The notes: generated by a model from the letters alone, not told the origin. 57,777 bases of DNA from Candidatus Microgenomatus auricola (GCA_005239865.1 SBBC01000033.1:1-57777), one strand, 5' to 3'; shown: positions 19,343 through 29,921, counted from the stretch's first letter. Numbers and translations: made by a program.

Positions 19343-20809
19343 TTATTGTCGTTTTAAACGTTGCAATGCGGACTGGAAAAGATTTTTAACAGCTGCCAAC
19401 TCTCCGGTTTCAACAATCTGGAGAGAAAGAAGCAGCAGGGGAAAAATCGCAATGACCGCGGTCTTGAGAAGGAATGTCGTTGGCTGAACTTCTTGGGGTA
19501 ACAGAAACAAGATTAAGGTAGAGGTGATAAGCAGTAGCCAGGTTAACAATATTTTTCGAGATTCGAAAGGGATCGGGTAGTACTTCTGTGAAACTTGATA
19601 GAGGAGCCAGGCCGAAGCAATGTAAGATAGTAGCGTGGCGATCGCAGCGCCAACCATACCGTAGGGTGGAATCAGGATGAAATTAAGAACGATATTAAGA
19701 ATAGCGGCAGCAACAGTTGTCCAGGCCAAATGTGAAGTTTTTTTGCTGATCGCTACACCAATTGAAACAATGTAGTAACTCCCGTACGCGATAAGTCCGA
19801 GACAAAGCCATCCGACGACGCTGGCTGATCCAAAGAATGCCTCGCTGCTCGTGACCTTGATAATTTCTGGAGCGTAAGCCGTCAGGAGTAATGCCAGGAA
19901 ACCAGCGACAAGGGTGTATAGCGAGAGAACTTTTGCATATGTTAGTTTGGCCTCGGGTTCCTTCGCCAGTGAGAGGGCAAAGGGTCCCCAAGCGAGTTGC
20001 AAGGCGGCGATGCCGAGGCCGAGCACACTCGAGAGTTTGACGCCTAGGGAATAGAGTCCGAGCTCGTGCAGTGAATAGCGGCTAATAAAAAAACGGTCGA
20101 TCAGCGAAAGTGACCAACCGGCGATGGCTGCGGGGATGAGCGGTAATCCAACGGCCAATAGTTTTCGAAGAATTATTACAGAAAAGCGAGCGCTAAGGTT
20201 GCGTTGGGCAAGCGCGAGCGTAATGGCGCCGGTGACAGCCACGCTGACGAACCAAGCAATGAAGTATCCCAGCATACCCGCTTGGACCGGTACGAGCAGT
20301 ATCACTGTCAGGGTGATGGTCAGGATGACTTGGATGAGGATTGATAGCAAATAACGGCTGCGTGCAAACCGGAAACGGAGCCCATTAAGGGCGAAACCAA
20401 GCAGGAGGTTGAAAGGGATAATTGCTAGAGCCAGTTGCACCGGGCCAATATATATTTTGTTCTGAAAAAGTAGCTTCGACCATACCCCACTGAGCGGCAA
20501 GAGGACTAGAATCACTATTGACGACGCGATAAAAATAAACCAGATGGCGGTTGACAACACGTTCACTCTTTCTTCTTCTCGCTCGACCTCAAAAAAGAGG
20601 ATGGCCGCCGCCGAATCGAATCCAAAGGAGAGAAAGGCAATTGCCAGGGACGATACGGTTACGAGCAAATCGATTACCCCGTATTCCGAGGGCGAAAACA
20701 ATCGAGTCAATATCGGAACGAGGGCAATGCCAACGAAGCTCGACAGCGCGCTGCCAAAACCGTAGACAAGCGAATCTCTTGAGAGTTGCAAAATTCTGGA
20801 GCCAATCAT
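19343..20809 (-). CDS. wzx: Wzx-type oligosaccharide flippase
   Basis: About 12-14 TM segments, TRLFSPSEYG, DRFFI..LGLYSLG, LIPPYGMVGAAIAT. Confidence 0.85.
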   Translation of the reverse strand: MIGSRILQLSRDSLVYGFGSALSSFVGIALVPILTRLFSPSEYGVIDLLVTVSSLAIAFLSFGFDSAAAILFFEVEREEERVNVLSTAIWFIFIASSIVILVLLPLSGVWSKLLFQNKIYIGPVQLALAIIPFNLLLGFALNGLRFRFARSRYLLSILIQVILTITLTVILLVPVQAGMLGYFIAWFVSVAVTGAITLALAQRNLSARFSVIILRKLLAVGLPLIPAAIAGWSLSLIDRFFISRYSLHELGLYSLGVKLSSVLGLGIAALQLAWGPFALSLAKEPEAKLTYAKVLSLYTLVAGFLALLLTAYAPEIIKVTSSEAFFGSASVVGWLCLGLIAYGSYYIVSIGVAISKKTSHLAWTTVAAAILNIVLNFILIPPYGMVGAAIATLLSYIASAWLLYQVSQKYYPIPFESRKILLTWLLLITSTLILFLLPQEVQPTTFLLKTAVIAIFPLLLLSLQIVETGELAAVKNLFQSALQRLKRQ

Positions 20810-20819
20810 GCTGATAAAG

Positions 20820-21893
20820 TCATCGCGGTGGGGACGGCGACTCAAACGAACGGGCGTAGTCCGTAATGAGCTGTTGAGCAACGAGCATTGGATTGTACGC
20901 TCGTTCTATAAACGTTCGTCCCCGCCGTCCCAACCCCTCCCAACGCTCCGGATGCTTGAGGAGATCTTCCAAGACGTTGACAAGAGTGCTAGTTGTCACA
21001 TTGATAACGGGGAAATCTTTTCGCGCATATTCCGGAAGCAAGTCGATATACTCATTCTTGATGTAGCAAAGAAGCGGCTTTCCTAACGCCATCATTTCAA
21101 TTCCAAACGAACCATACCAACCGACCAGTACTTGGTCAACGGTCAGGTGTGCTTGCGCGGCCCGCGCGTAAAGCTCCTTATGGGGGACTCGTTTCGGCAT
21201 ATCAAGCCGGATTTTGTATCCCCGACCTTGAAGTTTAGCCACTGCACGCTCGATATGTTTAGTCCCTTTTATTATTGGGTCAGTCGGAGCATGGAAGAGC
21301 ATTACTTCTTCGCCGGCACGGTAGCTTCGGTAGTGAGGTTTCCAGTTGTTGAGGTCAACCGAGATCGGCGGAGAAAGTTTCGAGTCTGGGGAGAACGCCA
21401 GAAGGTCAGGCGTAGAAACGTATGTTTGCGAAGCGTAGCGGAGAAAATATCTAAGGCGACGACGCTGAACATGATTCGGTGCATGGCGGTGTCCTTTAGG
21501 GTTGAGCCTGGCCGAAAAACAGGCTTCAGTTGGACGGATGTCGCATCCCTGGAAAGTAAAAAAAATTTTCTTCCCGAGCGAATGGAGAATGGGAATGTCG
21601 ATATTGTTGGGGAAGAAGGTGGTGGAAAAATAGAAGTGGAAGACATCAAAGTTTCGGATGGCGAATAGAAAAAACCTGATGGCGCGCGCAAGGTCGATGA
21701 TTTTAGGATACCTTTCAAAGTGAAGGTTATAATCGCTTTGGAAGCCCTGGTTATGTTGGACATAGACAATCACTCGGCTAAAGTGACCGAGCGCGCGCTC
21801 CGCTTGGGAGATAGCCCAAGGGTTACCAACGTCAGTCGGCGCATGGAGAATACGTAAACGGCGTTTGGCGAATGACGTCCCCATAGTCAACAT
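20820..21893 (-). CDS. GT-B (GT4-like) glycosyltransferase
   Basis: HAPTDPIIKGT, DQVLVGWYG..IEMMALGKP. Confidence 0.8.
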   Translation of the reverse strand: MLTMGTSFAKRRLRILHAPTDVGNPWAISQAERALGHFSRVIVYVQHNQGFQSDYNLHFERYPKIIDLARAIRFFLFAIRNFDVFHFYFSTTFFPNNIDIPILHSLGKKIFFTFQGCDIRPTEACFSARLNPKGHRHAPNHVQRRRLRYFLRYASQTYVSTPDLLAFSPDSKLSPPISVDLNNWKPHYRSYRAGEEVMLFHAPTDPIIKGTKHIERAVAKLQGRGYKIRLDMPKRVPHKELYARAAQAHLTVDQVLVGWYGSFGIEMMALGKPLLCYIKNEYIDLLPEYARKDFPVINVTTSTLVNVLEDLLKHPERWEGLGRRGRTFIERAYNPMLVAQQLITDYARSFESPSPPR

Positions 21894-21920
21894 GTGGTTA
21901 CCGTTTGCGCCTGCGCCCGG

Positions 21921-22631
21921 CTACTGCTTTGAGAATACGACAACGGCTTCTGCGCAGTAGTCTGGCAGCTCTTTCCCCAGCTCGTATAATGAATCGCAGT
22001 ATGTCTCGGCCAGAGTTTCCATCTTGTTGTTAGGTAAGGGCTTGAGAAGAATCCCACCGGCGTGGCGCAGGCGATAGCCGGCACGGCGAACAAGGGTTTG
22101 TAGCATATCCGCATCGTAATAGCGTTTGTGCCCGACTCGACGGTCCGCTTCACCGAGCTCATGGAGGTTTCTGATGAGTCCCATATGGAGCCCGATGCGC
22201 CGATGGAGTGATCGTGCATTCGGCACAACGAGTAGACCATACCCACGAGCGGATAACAGCGAATGAATTTTTTTCATCACCGCCAGAGGACTCGGCAGAT
22301 GTTCGAGCAGATCAATCATAATAATCAGATCATAAGGACCACGGGTCGCGAGGCTCTCAATTTCTCCTCTCACAAATTCAAATTGTCGATATTGACTGAA
22401 CCGGCGGCGTGCTATACGAAGATACGTCAAATCCGTGTCGATCATGGAGATCCGCCGAACACATTGGATGATGCTCGATGTACGGAGAAGGCGTTTGATG
22501 ATATCGCCGGTACCGCAGCCAACATCAAGAATAGTTCGAATCTTTTTTCGGCCAAAATACTCTTGAATCCATCGCGCTCGATACTTGCTCATGAAGGAGT
22601 TGAAGCCCTCGTTGTACTGTCCTTGATGCAT
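21921..22631 (-). CDS. Class I SAM-dependent methyltransferase
   Basis: ILDVGCGTG, DLLEHL, VPNARSLHRRIG. Confidence 0.85.
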   Translation of the reverse strand: MHQGQYNEGFNSFMSKYRARWIQEYFGRKKIRTILDVGCGTGDIIKRLLRTSSIIQCVRRISMIDTDLTYLRIARRRFSQYRQFEFVRGEIESLATRGPYDLIIMIDLLEHLPSPLAVMKKIHSLLSARGYGLLVVPNARSLHRRIGLHMGLIRNLHELGEADRRVGHKRYYDADMLQTLVRRAGYRLRHAGGILLKPLPNNKMETLAETYCDSLYELGKELPDYCAEAVVVFSKQ

Positions 22632-22643
22632 GTTGAGGAATAA

Positions 22644-23654
22644 TCAGTAGAAGAGTTTTTGCCAGAGCGCTGGATCGGTGGAACGTGAATCACGGTACCA
22701 TTTGAATTCCTCCTCAATTCCGGTTTTAAAATCGACGGTCGGCTGCCAGCCCAGTTCTTTCTTAGCTTTTGTATTGTCCTGACAAAGATACTCGAGGTTA
22801 CCTGGCAAACGAATTCTGCTATTCCTTAAGAGTTTCGATGGCTCTCCCTCTTTGACGTCCTCATGGAGAACACGGCAGCCACTTAAATCTCGAATCAACG
22901 CGGCGAGTTCTTTGATTGTCGTTTTGGTCATCGAGGAAACATTGTAAATGTGGTTGGCAGGTGCCAGCTTGCTGGAGAGGAGCAATTCATGGAACCTAAC
23001 GACATCTTTGACATGGCAGTAGTCGCGGACCTCATGGCCGTCCCCAAATACGACAATTTTTTTATCATGAATACTATGCTTAATGAACAGCGTAAGCACT
23101 CGTCCGAACCATTCACGAACCCCATAGATGATTGAGTACCGTAAACCAATAAAAGGGATGTTGAGGTAATGGGAATAGATATTGCCGAGTAACTCGGTTG
23201 CGTATTTCGACACACCATAGACCCAGTGTGGTTGAAGCGGGGCATCAGATTCCCGTTGGAACCCCCCTTTTGATCGACCGTAGACCCCAGCCGAGGAGGC
23301 GTAGACAACTAGCTTCAGATTTTTACATCTTTTTGCAAACTCTAAAATATTCGTTGTTCCCAAGATATTCGACGTGAGGTCTTCTTGGGGATATTGGATG
23401 CAACGGGTGATTTCGAGCTGTGCCGCCTGGTGATTGATGATATCAACGTTAGTCGGGAGGGAGGCGACGAAAGTTTCGTCCAAGATGTCGCCGAAGACGA
23501 ACTCGACGTTCCTGTTCTTCAAAAGATGATTAATGTTTTCGATGCGACCACTGCGAAAGTTATCGACAACCACAACTTTGTGATGGTGACGAACATACAT
23601 GTCGAGGACGTGGCTGCCGATAAACCCAGCACCGCCGGTGAGGAGTATTTTCAT
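22644..23654 (-). CDS. NAD-dependent epimerase/dehydratase
   Basis: TGGAGFIG, ASSAGVYG, YGVSK. Confidence 0.9.
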   Translation of the reverse strand: MKILLTGGAGFIGSHVLDMYVRHHHKVVVVDNFRSGRIENINHLLKNRNVEFVFGDILDETFVASLPTNVDIINHQAAQLEITRCIQYPQEDLTSNILGTTNILEFAKRCKNLKLVVYASSAGVYGRSKGGFQRESDAPLQPHWVYGVSKYATELLGNIYSHYLNIPFIGLRYSIIYGVREWFGRVLTLFIKHSIHDKKIVVFGDGHEVRDYCHVKDVVRFHELLLSSKLAPANHIYNVSSMTKTTIKELAALIRDLSGCRVLHEDVKEGEPSKLLRNSRIRLPGNLEYLCQDNTKAKKELGWQPTVDFKTGIEEEFKWYRDSRSTDPALWQKLFY

Positions 23655-23658
23655 GATG

Positions 23659-24258
23659 TTAATGGGATGTTACGGGTTGGATTATTGAGCGAAACTCGTT
23701 CGTGGTCAGAAAGCTAACGCGCGCTAGTTCAGCACTTTTTTTGTCGTTTTCAGTGTCGCCAACGAAGAGGACATCGTTTGAATTAACGCCCCAGTACTGA
23801 AGGATTTTTTGGAGGTCAGCCCCGGTCGGCTTTGGACCGCTACATGTCTCTTTGGCGATGACAACACTGAACTTATCAGGAAATTTGTTCTCGAGGAGTG
23901 TGCGGACACAACGCTCGGTGTTCATTGAGTATACTGCAAGTTTTTGATCAGTGGCAGTGTGGATGAACTTGTTAACATCGTCGAAAAAAACATGACGGTC
24001 GACAGTGAGTTCGTGCGATGTCACGATCTCGAGCAGTCGACGGAAGAATGTTTCGCCGAATTTCGTACGGGCCCGAAAGAGTTGTTGGTCGAGCGGGGTA
24101 AAGGTAAAACGCTGTCCGGTTTTTTTCAGGACATATTCTGAAAGCTGTTTCTTCAATGCTGTCCAATCAACGCCGAGATCAACGATCGTTCCGTCGAGAT
24201 CGAACACGACTCCGCGATACGCTCCGATCGGTTTCCTTACACCTTTTTGCTTGTCCAT
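23659..24258 (-). CDS. HAD-family phosphatase
   Basis: FDLDGTIVD, KP, FVGDTENDKKSA. Confidence 0.85.
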   Translation of the reverse strand: MDKQKGVRKPIGAYRGVVFDLDGTIVDLGVDWTALKKQLSEYVLKKTGQRFTFTPLDQQLFRARTKFGETFFRRLLEIVTSHELTVDRHVFFDDVNKFIHTATDQKLAVYSMNTERCVRTLLENKFPDKFSVVIAKETCSGPKPTGADLQKILQYWGVNSNDVLFVGDTENDKKSAELARVSFLTTNEFRSIIQPVTSH

Positions 24259-25307
24259 TCATCATCCCTGATGAGTTTGTATCCCATATCCATCATTCGC
24301 ACCCAGTACCATCCCGCCGGAATGTTATTGTACGGTTTCATTCCATGTTTCACCGGTTCACCAAGACCGAGCTTGACGTAATAGTACGGCATATTGCAGC
24401 CCGCGAACGAAAAGAAAAAACTAGTCGTAAAAAAGCGGCCCGCATTTACTTCAGTCACTACTACCCGACCCTCTCTAGTTGTCTTGAGATCAGCACAAAA
24501 AATACCGGTGGCATGCGAATCGAGAGCTCGTATACCACTAGTGACCACGTTGTTGACCTCGTCGCTATGAACAGTGACTGCCACAGATGGGCTTGATGAC
24601 TGACCGCTGACCGTGAGGTGGCCGAAGATATATTCGATCCGCTCTCGGGCTTGGGACATGAGTAATTTACCGTTATGCCAGATACTCTGGAAGGCATATT
24701 CCTTTCCGGGGAGAAATTCGCTGACCATGAAATCGCCATACGACAATCCCTTCATCACTCGCCAGTAATCGATCCACATCTTTGCATGATTGATGTTTTT
24801 TACTGGGATTGCACCGCGTGAGCCAGCCCCCCGAATGGCTCGAAGCCATGCTTTTTCGTTATGTTTTAAAATCGTCTGGAGCGCCATTTCCAGGTCATGC
24901 TCGGTTTCAATGAAATACGCCTCTGGGACCGGAACACCTCTTTCCCGGAGGATCCGATTAAACTCCATTTTATTTTGACTCAACTCTATCGTTTCGTAGT
25001 TTGGTAAAAGCGTTTTTGTTTGAATTTCCTGAACGTGCTTGGCAAGGAAATTTACCTCAGCGTCTGGTTGACTATGGAGAAAGTGGATCCGTTCTTGTTT
25101 AATGAGCGTATTAAGCGTCGAGAGATACCGCGGTTCGGTGACCTTCGGCACGACGTATCTTTTATCAACATGAGAAAGCTCGAGGTGGTACCGGCTGACA
25201 TCAGTCCCGACGATGTAGAGTTGCTCTTGTGCTGGGTTGTGTCGTAACGACTCAATGAAATTGTACGCGGCTGATCCGCCAGCGCCGGTAACGAGAATGC
25301 GTTTCAT
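24237..25307 (-). CDS. ATP-grasp ligase (carbamoyl-phosphate-synthase-like), glycan-associated
   Basis: ILVTGAGG, GAGSRG, EFLPGKEY, TEVNAGRF. Confidence 0.8.
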   Translation of the reverse strand: MKRILVTGAGGSAAYNFIESLRHNPAQEQLYIVGTDVSRYHLELSHVDKRYVVPKVTEPRYLSTLNTLIKQERIHFLHSQPDAEVNFLAKHVQEIQTKTLLPNYETIELSQNKMEFNRILRERGVPVPEAYFIETEHDLEMALQTILKHNEKAWLRAIRGAGSRGAIPVKNINHAKMWIDYWRVMKGLSYGDFMVSEFLPGKEYAFQSIWHNGKLLMSQARERIEYIFGHLTVSGQSSSPSVAVTVHSDEVNNVVTSGIRALDSHATGIFCADLKTTREGRVVVTEVNAGRFFTTSFFFSFAGCNMPYYYVKLGLGEPVKHGMKPYNNIPAGWYWVRMMDMGYKLIRDDEWTSKKV

Positions 25308-25317
25308 AGGAATGGTG

Positions 25318-26295
25318 CTAAGTTTTTGAAGGCGTCAGGGCAATGCGAAGAGCGTCGAGCGCGAAGGTCGAATCGCTCCGCTTTCCTTCGCGGAGGTCAT
25401 TTAAGAAACAGAGAATTTCTTCGCGCAAGGGCTCTTTTTTGGCAACGGCGATAACAACCCTATCCGGTTCAGAGAACCGGAGGATGAAGTCGGAATAATC
25501 ACTCGTTTCGATACGGAGTTTTTCGTAACGGCTCTTATAAAATTCAATTTGTTGATTCACGTAGTCCATCTCAAGATATCCTTCGGAACCAGTGATGTTG
25601 AGTTTTCGTATTTTCACTGGCGTAATCCAGTTCGCCTGAATGTAAGCAGAGGTTCCATCGTATTGAAGAAAGAACTCAACAGAATCCTCGCGTCGTTCAG
25701 CGTGGTTACGTTTTTTATGCACCGCGACGTTAGCGGGAAGCCGTCCGAGGATGTAGTTGACAATGTCGATATCGTGGATAGCGAGGTCGACGGCGATGTT
25801 GGCATCTTTGATCTGCGGCGGAAAACCGCCGACACGACGTGCCATAATTGCGGTAAGCTGTCCGAGCTCTCCGCGATCGAGCATCTCTTTTACACGTCTG
25901 ACCGCCGGATTGAATCGTTCGATGTGCCCTACCATGAGATGGAGATTGTTTTTCTTTGCCAGAAACAAGAGTTCTTTTCCTTCTTCAAGAGTATACGCTA
26001 TCGGTTTTTCCAGAAGTACATTGACGTTGTGTTCTAAGCAGTACTTAGCAACATCATGGTGAAGGGTTGTCGGGACACAGACTGAAACAAAATTAGGTTG
26101 CGTCCGCTCTACCATTTCGCGGTAGTCGCTATACTGTGGAACTTTGTACATTGCTGAAATTTCCTTACCGATTTCCGCGTTGGTGTCTGCCACACCGACG
26201 ATTTCGACCTCGGAAATCTCGGCATAGGTTCGGACATGGTTCTTACCCATGTTGCCGACACCGATAACAGCAACTTTAAATTTACCTTTCGACAT
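25318..26295 (-). CDS. Gfo/Idh/MocA oxidoreductase
   Basis: GVGNMG, LLEKP, GHIERFNP, DLAIHDID. Confidence 0.9.
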   Translation of the reverse strand: MSKGKFKVAVIGVGNMGKNHVRTYAEISEVEIVGVADTNAEIGKEISAMYKVPQYSDYREMVERTQPNFVSVCVPTTLHHDVAKYCLEHNVNVLLEKPIAYTLEEGKELLFLAKKNNLHLMVGHIERFNPAVRRVKEMLDRGELGQLTAIMARRVGGFPPQIKDANIAVDLAIHDIDIVNYILGRLPANVAVHKKRNHAERREDSVEFFLQYDGTSAYIQANWITPVKIRKLNITGSEGYLEMDYVNQQIEFYKSRYEKLRIETSDYSDFILRFSEPDRVVIAVAKKEPLREEILCFLNDLREGKRSDSTFALDALRIALTPSKT

Positions 26296-26491
26296 GTTTG
26301 CGAACAGGCAAGACGATAGAGGCAACATTTTTCGGGATTACTCCAGATTGAGTGGATAGTAGCCCTAGGGGAGATTTAGTAATTGGTCTCTGTGTAAGCA
26401 TACTGATCGGAAAGATGGAAAGCACTGCGCCTGTTTCCCTTCGGCAATTGATGGAGATATCGAAAATCATTTTTTGTATCTTTCTTTGTGA

Positions 26492-27601
26492 TTAAGATGT
26501 CTGCGAAAAAAATTGGAGAATGCTATTTACCGACCTTCTGATTTCGGTATTTGGTAATTCGGGATAGATAGGAAGCGAGAGTACTTCCGCGGCTGCCCGC
26601 TCCGCAAGCGGAAGGCTTCCACGCCGGTACCCCAGATGACGTAGAGCGGGTTGAAGATGGAGAGGTAACGGATAGTAGATGGCTGTGGGAATTCCTTTCC
26701 TTTGCAGGTAGTTGGCGAGTTGATCCCGGCGCTCTTTCACGCGAATAGTATATTGGTTATAGACGTGGGTTAATCCGGGTACTGATGACGGTGTAACGAC
26801 CGATCGGCAGCTTCTGAGTAAAGAGGTATATAACAGGGCTTTCTTTGCACGGGTAGCATTCCAGGAGGTAAGATGCGGCAGCTTGACATTAAGAATGGCC
26901 GCCTGCAATGCATCTAGTCGCGAACATACCCCGACAAAGTCATGGATGTATTTCACCACAGAACCATGGACCCGCCATTTTCTAACGAAGGCAGCGAGCT
27001 TAGGATTGTTTGTCAATACTACCCCACCATCGCCGTAGGCGCCGAGGTTTTTTGAGGGGAAAAAAGATACACACCCAATGTCGCCGAGCGAACATACTCT
27101 TTTCCCTTGATATGTTGACCCGAGCGCCTGCGCGGCATCCTCAATTACTGCCAGTCGGTATCCCCGTGCAATTTGAAGAATCTCGTGCATCTGGGCGGGG
27201 AGCCCGAAGAGGTGGACCGGAATCAGGACGCGCGTCCGTTTTGTGATCCGTTGCTCGATGGAACCTGGGTCGATATTGAACGTAGTAGGATCTATGTCAA
27301 CGAAGACCGGTTTCGCACCAGCTAGGAGAATCACTTCGGCGGTAGCAAAAAAAGAGAAAGGCGTGGTGATTACTTCGTCGCCTTTCCCAATCCCAAGGGC
27401 AAGGAGCGAAGCAAGGAGGGCGTCGGTTCCGGAATTCACGCCGATCGCATAACGAACACCACAGAATTGAGCCATTGCTACTTCAAATTTCTCAACCGTT
27501 GGCCCGAGGATGAATTCACTTCGTTCGAGGGTCTGGCGGATTGCTTTCTCCATTTCCGGCTTTAACGCAATAAATTGTTTTTGAAGATCGAGAAATTTCA
27601 T
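26492..27601 (-). CDS. wbpE: DegT/DnrJ/EryC1/StrS aminotransferase (WbpE-like)
   Basis: NSGTDAL, IEDAAQA, SFFPSKNLGAYGDGG; adjacent to wbpD- and wbpB-like genes. Confidence 0.85.
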   Translation of the reverse strand: MKFLDLQKQFIALKPEMEKAIRQTLERSEFILGPTVEKFEVAMAQFCGVRYAIGVNSGTDALLASLLALGIGKGDEVITTPFSFFATAEVILLAGAKPVFVDIDPTTFNIDPGSIEQRITKRTRVLIPVHLFGLPAQMHEILQIARGYRLAVIEDAAQALGSTYQGKRVCSLGDIGCVSFFPSKNLGAYGDGGVVLTNNPKLAAFVRKWRVHGSVVKYIHDFVGVCSRLDALQAAILNVKLPHLTSWNATRAKKALLYTSLLRSCRSVVTPSSVPGLTHVYNQYTIRVKERRDQLANYLQRKGIPTAIYYPLPLHLQPALRHLGYRRGSLPLAERAAAEVLSLPIYPELPNTEIRRSVNSILQFFSQTS

Positions 27602-28188
27602 TGATTGACTCTCTTTACTATCATATCGTTCTTCACATACTCTCGTTTGCATCGATTGCACCGGCTAGAGTCCTTGTCGGCGAAGTCGAGTTTTGTCCCG
27701 CACTCACAGATCCAGCCTTTTAATTCGGCGGGAACACCATAAACGAGTGCATAGTCAGGGACGTCTTTAGTCACGACCGATCCCGAACCAATAAAAGCGT
27801 GCCGACCAATTGTAATGCCGCAGATAATTGTTGCATTTGCACCAATCGAAGTACCTTCTTTAACGAGCGTCGGTTTGTACTTTCCATACTTCGGGTATTT
27901 TGCTCGCGGGTTGATATCGTTGATGAACACCATTGAAGGTCCGCAGAAAACGTAGTTTTCAAGAGCGACGCCGTCGTAGACTGATACGTTATTCTGGATC
28001 TTGACGTGATGACCTATGACCGCTCGTCCCCCGACGAAAACGTTCTGACCTAAAACACAATTCCGGCCGATGGTGGCACCGCGGCTGATATGACAGAAAT
28101 GCCAGACCTTTGTTCCAGTGCCGATTGAGGCACCTTCATCAACGACGCTCGAGGGGTGAATAAAGGCTGTTGTCTGATCGCTCGGCAT
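27598..28188 (-). CDS. wbpD: Hexapeptide-repeat N-acetyltransferase (WbpD/WlbB-like)
   Basis: KVWHFCHI, KIQNNVSVY, GPSMVF, GANATI, C-terminal CECG...CxxC. Confidence 0.88.
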   Translation of the reverse strand: MPSDQTTAFIHPSSVVDEGASIGTGTKVWHFCHISRGATIGRNCVLGQNVFVGGRAVIGHHVKIQNNVSVYDGVALENYVFCGPSMVFINDINPRAKYPKYGKYKPTLVKEGTSIGANATIICGITIGRHAFIGSGSVVTKDVPDYALVYGVPAELKGWICECGTKLDFADKDSSRCNRCKREYVKNDMIVKRVNQ

Positions 28189-28192
28189 ATCT

Positions 28193-29101
28193 TTAGTCGG
28201 CCAGAGGTGTGACCGGATGCTGAAATGTTCGAATCGTTTGGCAGAGTTCGATCGCCGGTACCGCCTCCTCGAGTCCAAAGCCACGGCCAGCAAAGATATC
28301 TTCGTAGACGTGAGTATGGAGTTGATCGAAGCCACTGGTGAAGTCGATGGTTTCGCCATCAACAAGCATCATTCGATTCCGATCCTGTCCTGGTTCAAGA
28401 TCGCCTCGGTCGATGGACAAAAACCAGTCAACGTCAGCCCGCTCAAGCTTCAATAATCCGGTGACACGCGTCGGTTCCGATTGTCGGACCTTCACTGATT
28501 GTACTTTGCCGAAGAGCCACAACAGCGTATCGAAGAGATGAATCCCGATGTTTGTGGCTAATCCCCCAGATCGTTCAACTTGCCCCTTCCAGGAGGCATG
28601 ATACCAGTTGCCCCGCGGCGTAATATAACGCAGTTCAACGGCACGCCTTTTGTTTGTAGATGACGACCGCAATTTTTCCCGTAGCGCCACTATGGTGGGA
28701 TGAAGACGGAGTTGAAGAACGGTGTAGACGCGTTGGTGGTGTTCTTTCTCTAGATCGCGGAGAGCATTGATGTTCCATGAGTTGAGGACGATCGGTTTTT
28801 CGCAGATGGCATCAGCCCCGACGCGGAGAGCGAAACGAATGTGCGCGTCATGAAGGTAGTTCGGCGAGCAGATGCTAACGACGTGTACGCGCTCGGAATC
28901 CGGTCCACGGCGAAGTTTTTCCACGTGACGATCAAACCGTTCGAACTCGGTAAAGAATCTTGCATCAGGGAAAAACGAATCAAGAACCCCTACAGAATCG
29001 TGAGGATCAAGAGCGGCAACGAGTCGGTGACCAGTGTCCTTGATCGCCTTCAGGTGTTTTGGCGCGATGTACCCGGCCACGCCAATCAGTGCGAAATTCA
29101 T
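28193..29101 (-). CDS. wbpB: UDP-GlcNAcA 3-dehydrogenase (WbpB/WlbA-like)
   Basis: GVAGYIAPKH, FFTEFERFDRH, SPNYLHDAH, SWKG..SGGLATNIGIH. Confidence 0.9.
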   Translation of the reverse strand: MNFALIGVAGYIAPKHLKAIKDTGHRLVAALDPHDSVGVLDSFFPDARFFTEFERFDRHVEKLRRGPDSERVHVVSICSPNYLHDAHIRFALRVGADAICEKPIVLNSWNINALRDLEKEHHQRVYTVLQLRLHPTIVALREKLRSSSTNKRRAVELRYITPRGNWYHASWKGQVERSGGLATNIGIHLFDTLLWLFGKVQSVKVRQSEPTRVTGLLKLERADVDWFLSIDRGDLEPGQDRNRMMLVDGETIDFTSGFDQLHTHVYEDIFAGRGFGLEEAVPAIELCQTIRTFQHPVTPLAD

Positions 29102-29135
29102 CGCTGGTGAGTGTAGAAGAAAAAACTGCGTGGTG

Positions 29136-29921
29136 TCAAGCGCGAATCCTCTCGTGGGAGATTATCTCGAAGGTCACTTGTTGGTTGTTGAGTAGTGACG
29201 ACGCTTCCCGATCGAGGATGAAGGTACAGGCGGGGTGAGTTTGTAAAAAAGAAGCCGGAAGATCATCGCTCGGCGGTTCCTGAAGCGCTCTTTTGATGGC
29301 CAACGATTTGCCGCTGCCTGTCGCCAGAAGAAGAATTTCTCTCGCTTCCATAATAGTTTCAATGCCCATCGACAGCGCCTCATGCGGAACTACGTTTGAA
29401 TTTTTAAAAAAGCGACCATCGCCATTGGCGGCAATAGTGTCGTCACTAAGACGTACCTTCCTGGTTCGTGAGTTTCGTTTTGCTCCCGGCTCGTTGAATG
29501 CAATGTGGCCGTTTCGACCGATCCCAAGGATCTGAAGATCGATACCACCGGTTGCTGCGATTGCCGTCTCGTAGTCGCGGCACTCCCGCTTAGTATCTTG
29601 TGCCATGCCATTCAAAAGGTGGATGTGTGAGCGGGGAATGTTGATGTGCGAAAAGAGATGCTTAAACATGAAGGTTTGATAACTTTGCGGGTGGTACGGC
29701 GGTAGACCGACGTACTCATCGAGGTTAAAGGTGGTGACGTGGTTGAAGTCGATTTCGCCTGCCTTATATCGGCGTACCAGTTCGGAGTAAAGATCGATTA
29801 CTGTTCCACCGGTCGCTAGACCTAAGACGAGATTTGGACGGCGAAGAAGGCGCCCGGCGATAAATTGCGAAGCGGCGATAGCAAGAGTATGCGCGTCGGG
29901 CGTGATGATCACCTTAATCAC
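29136..29921 (-). CDS. nagB: Glucosamine-6-phosphate deaminase
   Basis: LGLATG, TFNLDEY, LGIGRNGHIAFNEPG, PASFLQ.HP. Confidence 0.93.
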   Translation of the reverse strand: MIKVIITPDAHTLAIAASQFIAGRLLRRPNLVLGLATGGTVIDLYSELVRRYKAGEIDFNHVTTFNLDEYVGLPPYHPQSYQTFMFKHLFSHINIPRSHIHLLNGMAQDTKRECRDYETAIAATGGIDLQILGIGRNGHIAFNEPGAKRNSRTRKVRLSDDTIAANGDGRFFKNSNVVPHEALSMGIETIMEAREILLLATGSGKSLAIKRALQEPPSDDLPASFLQTHPACTFILDREASSLLNNQQVTFEIISHERIRA

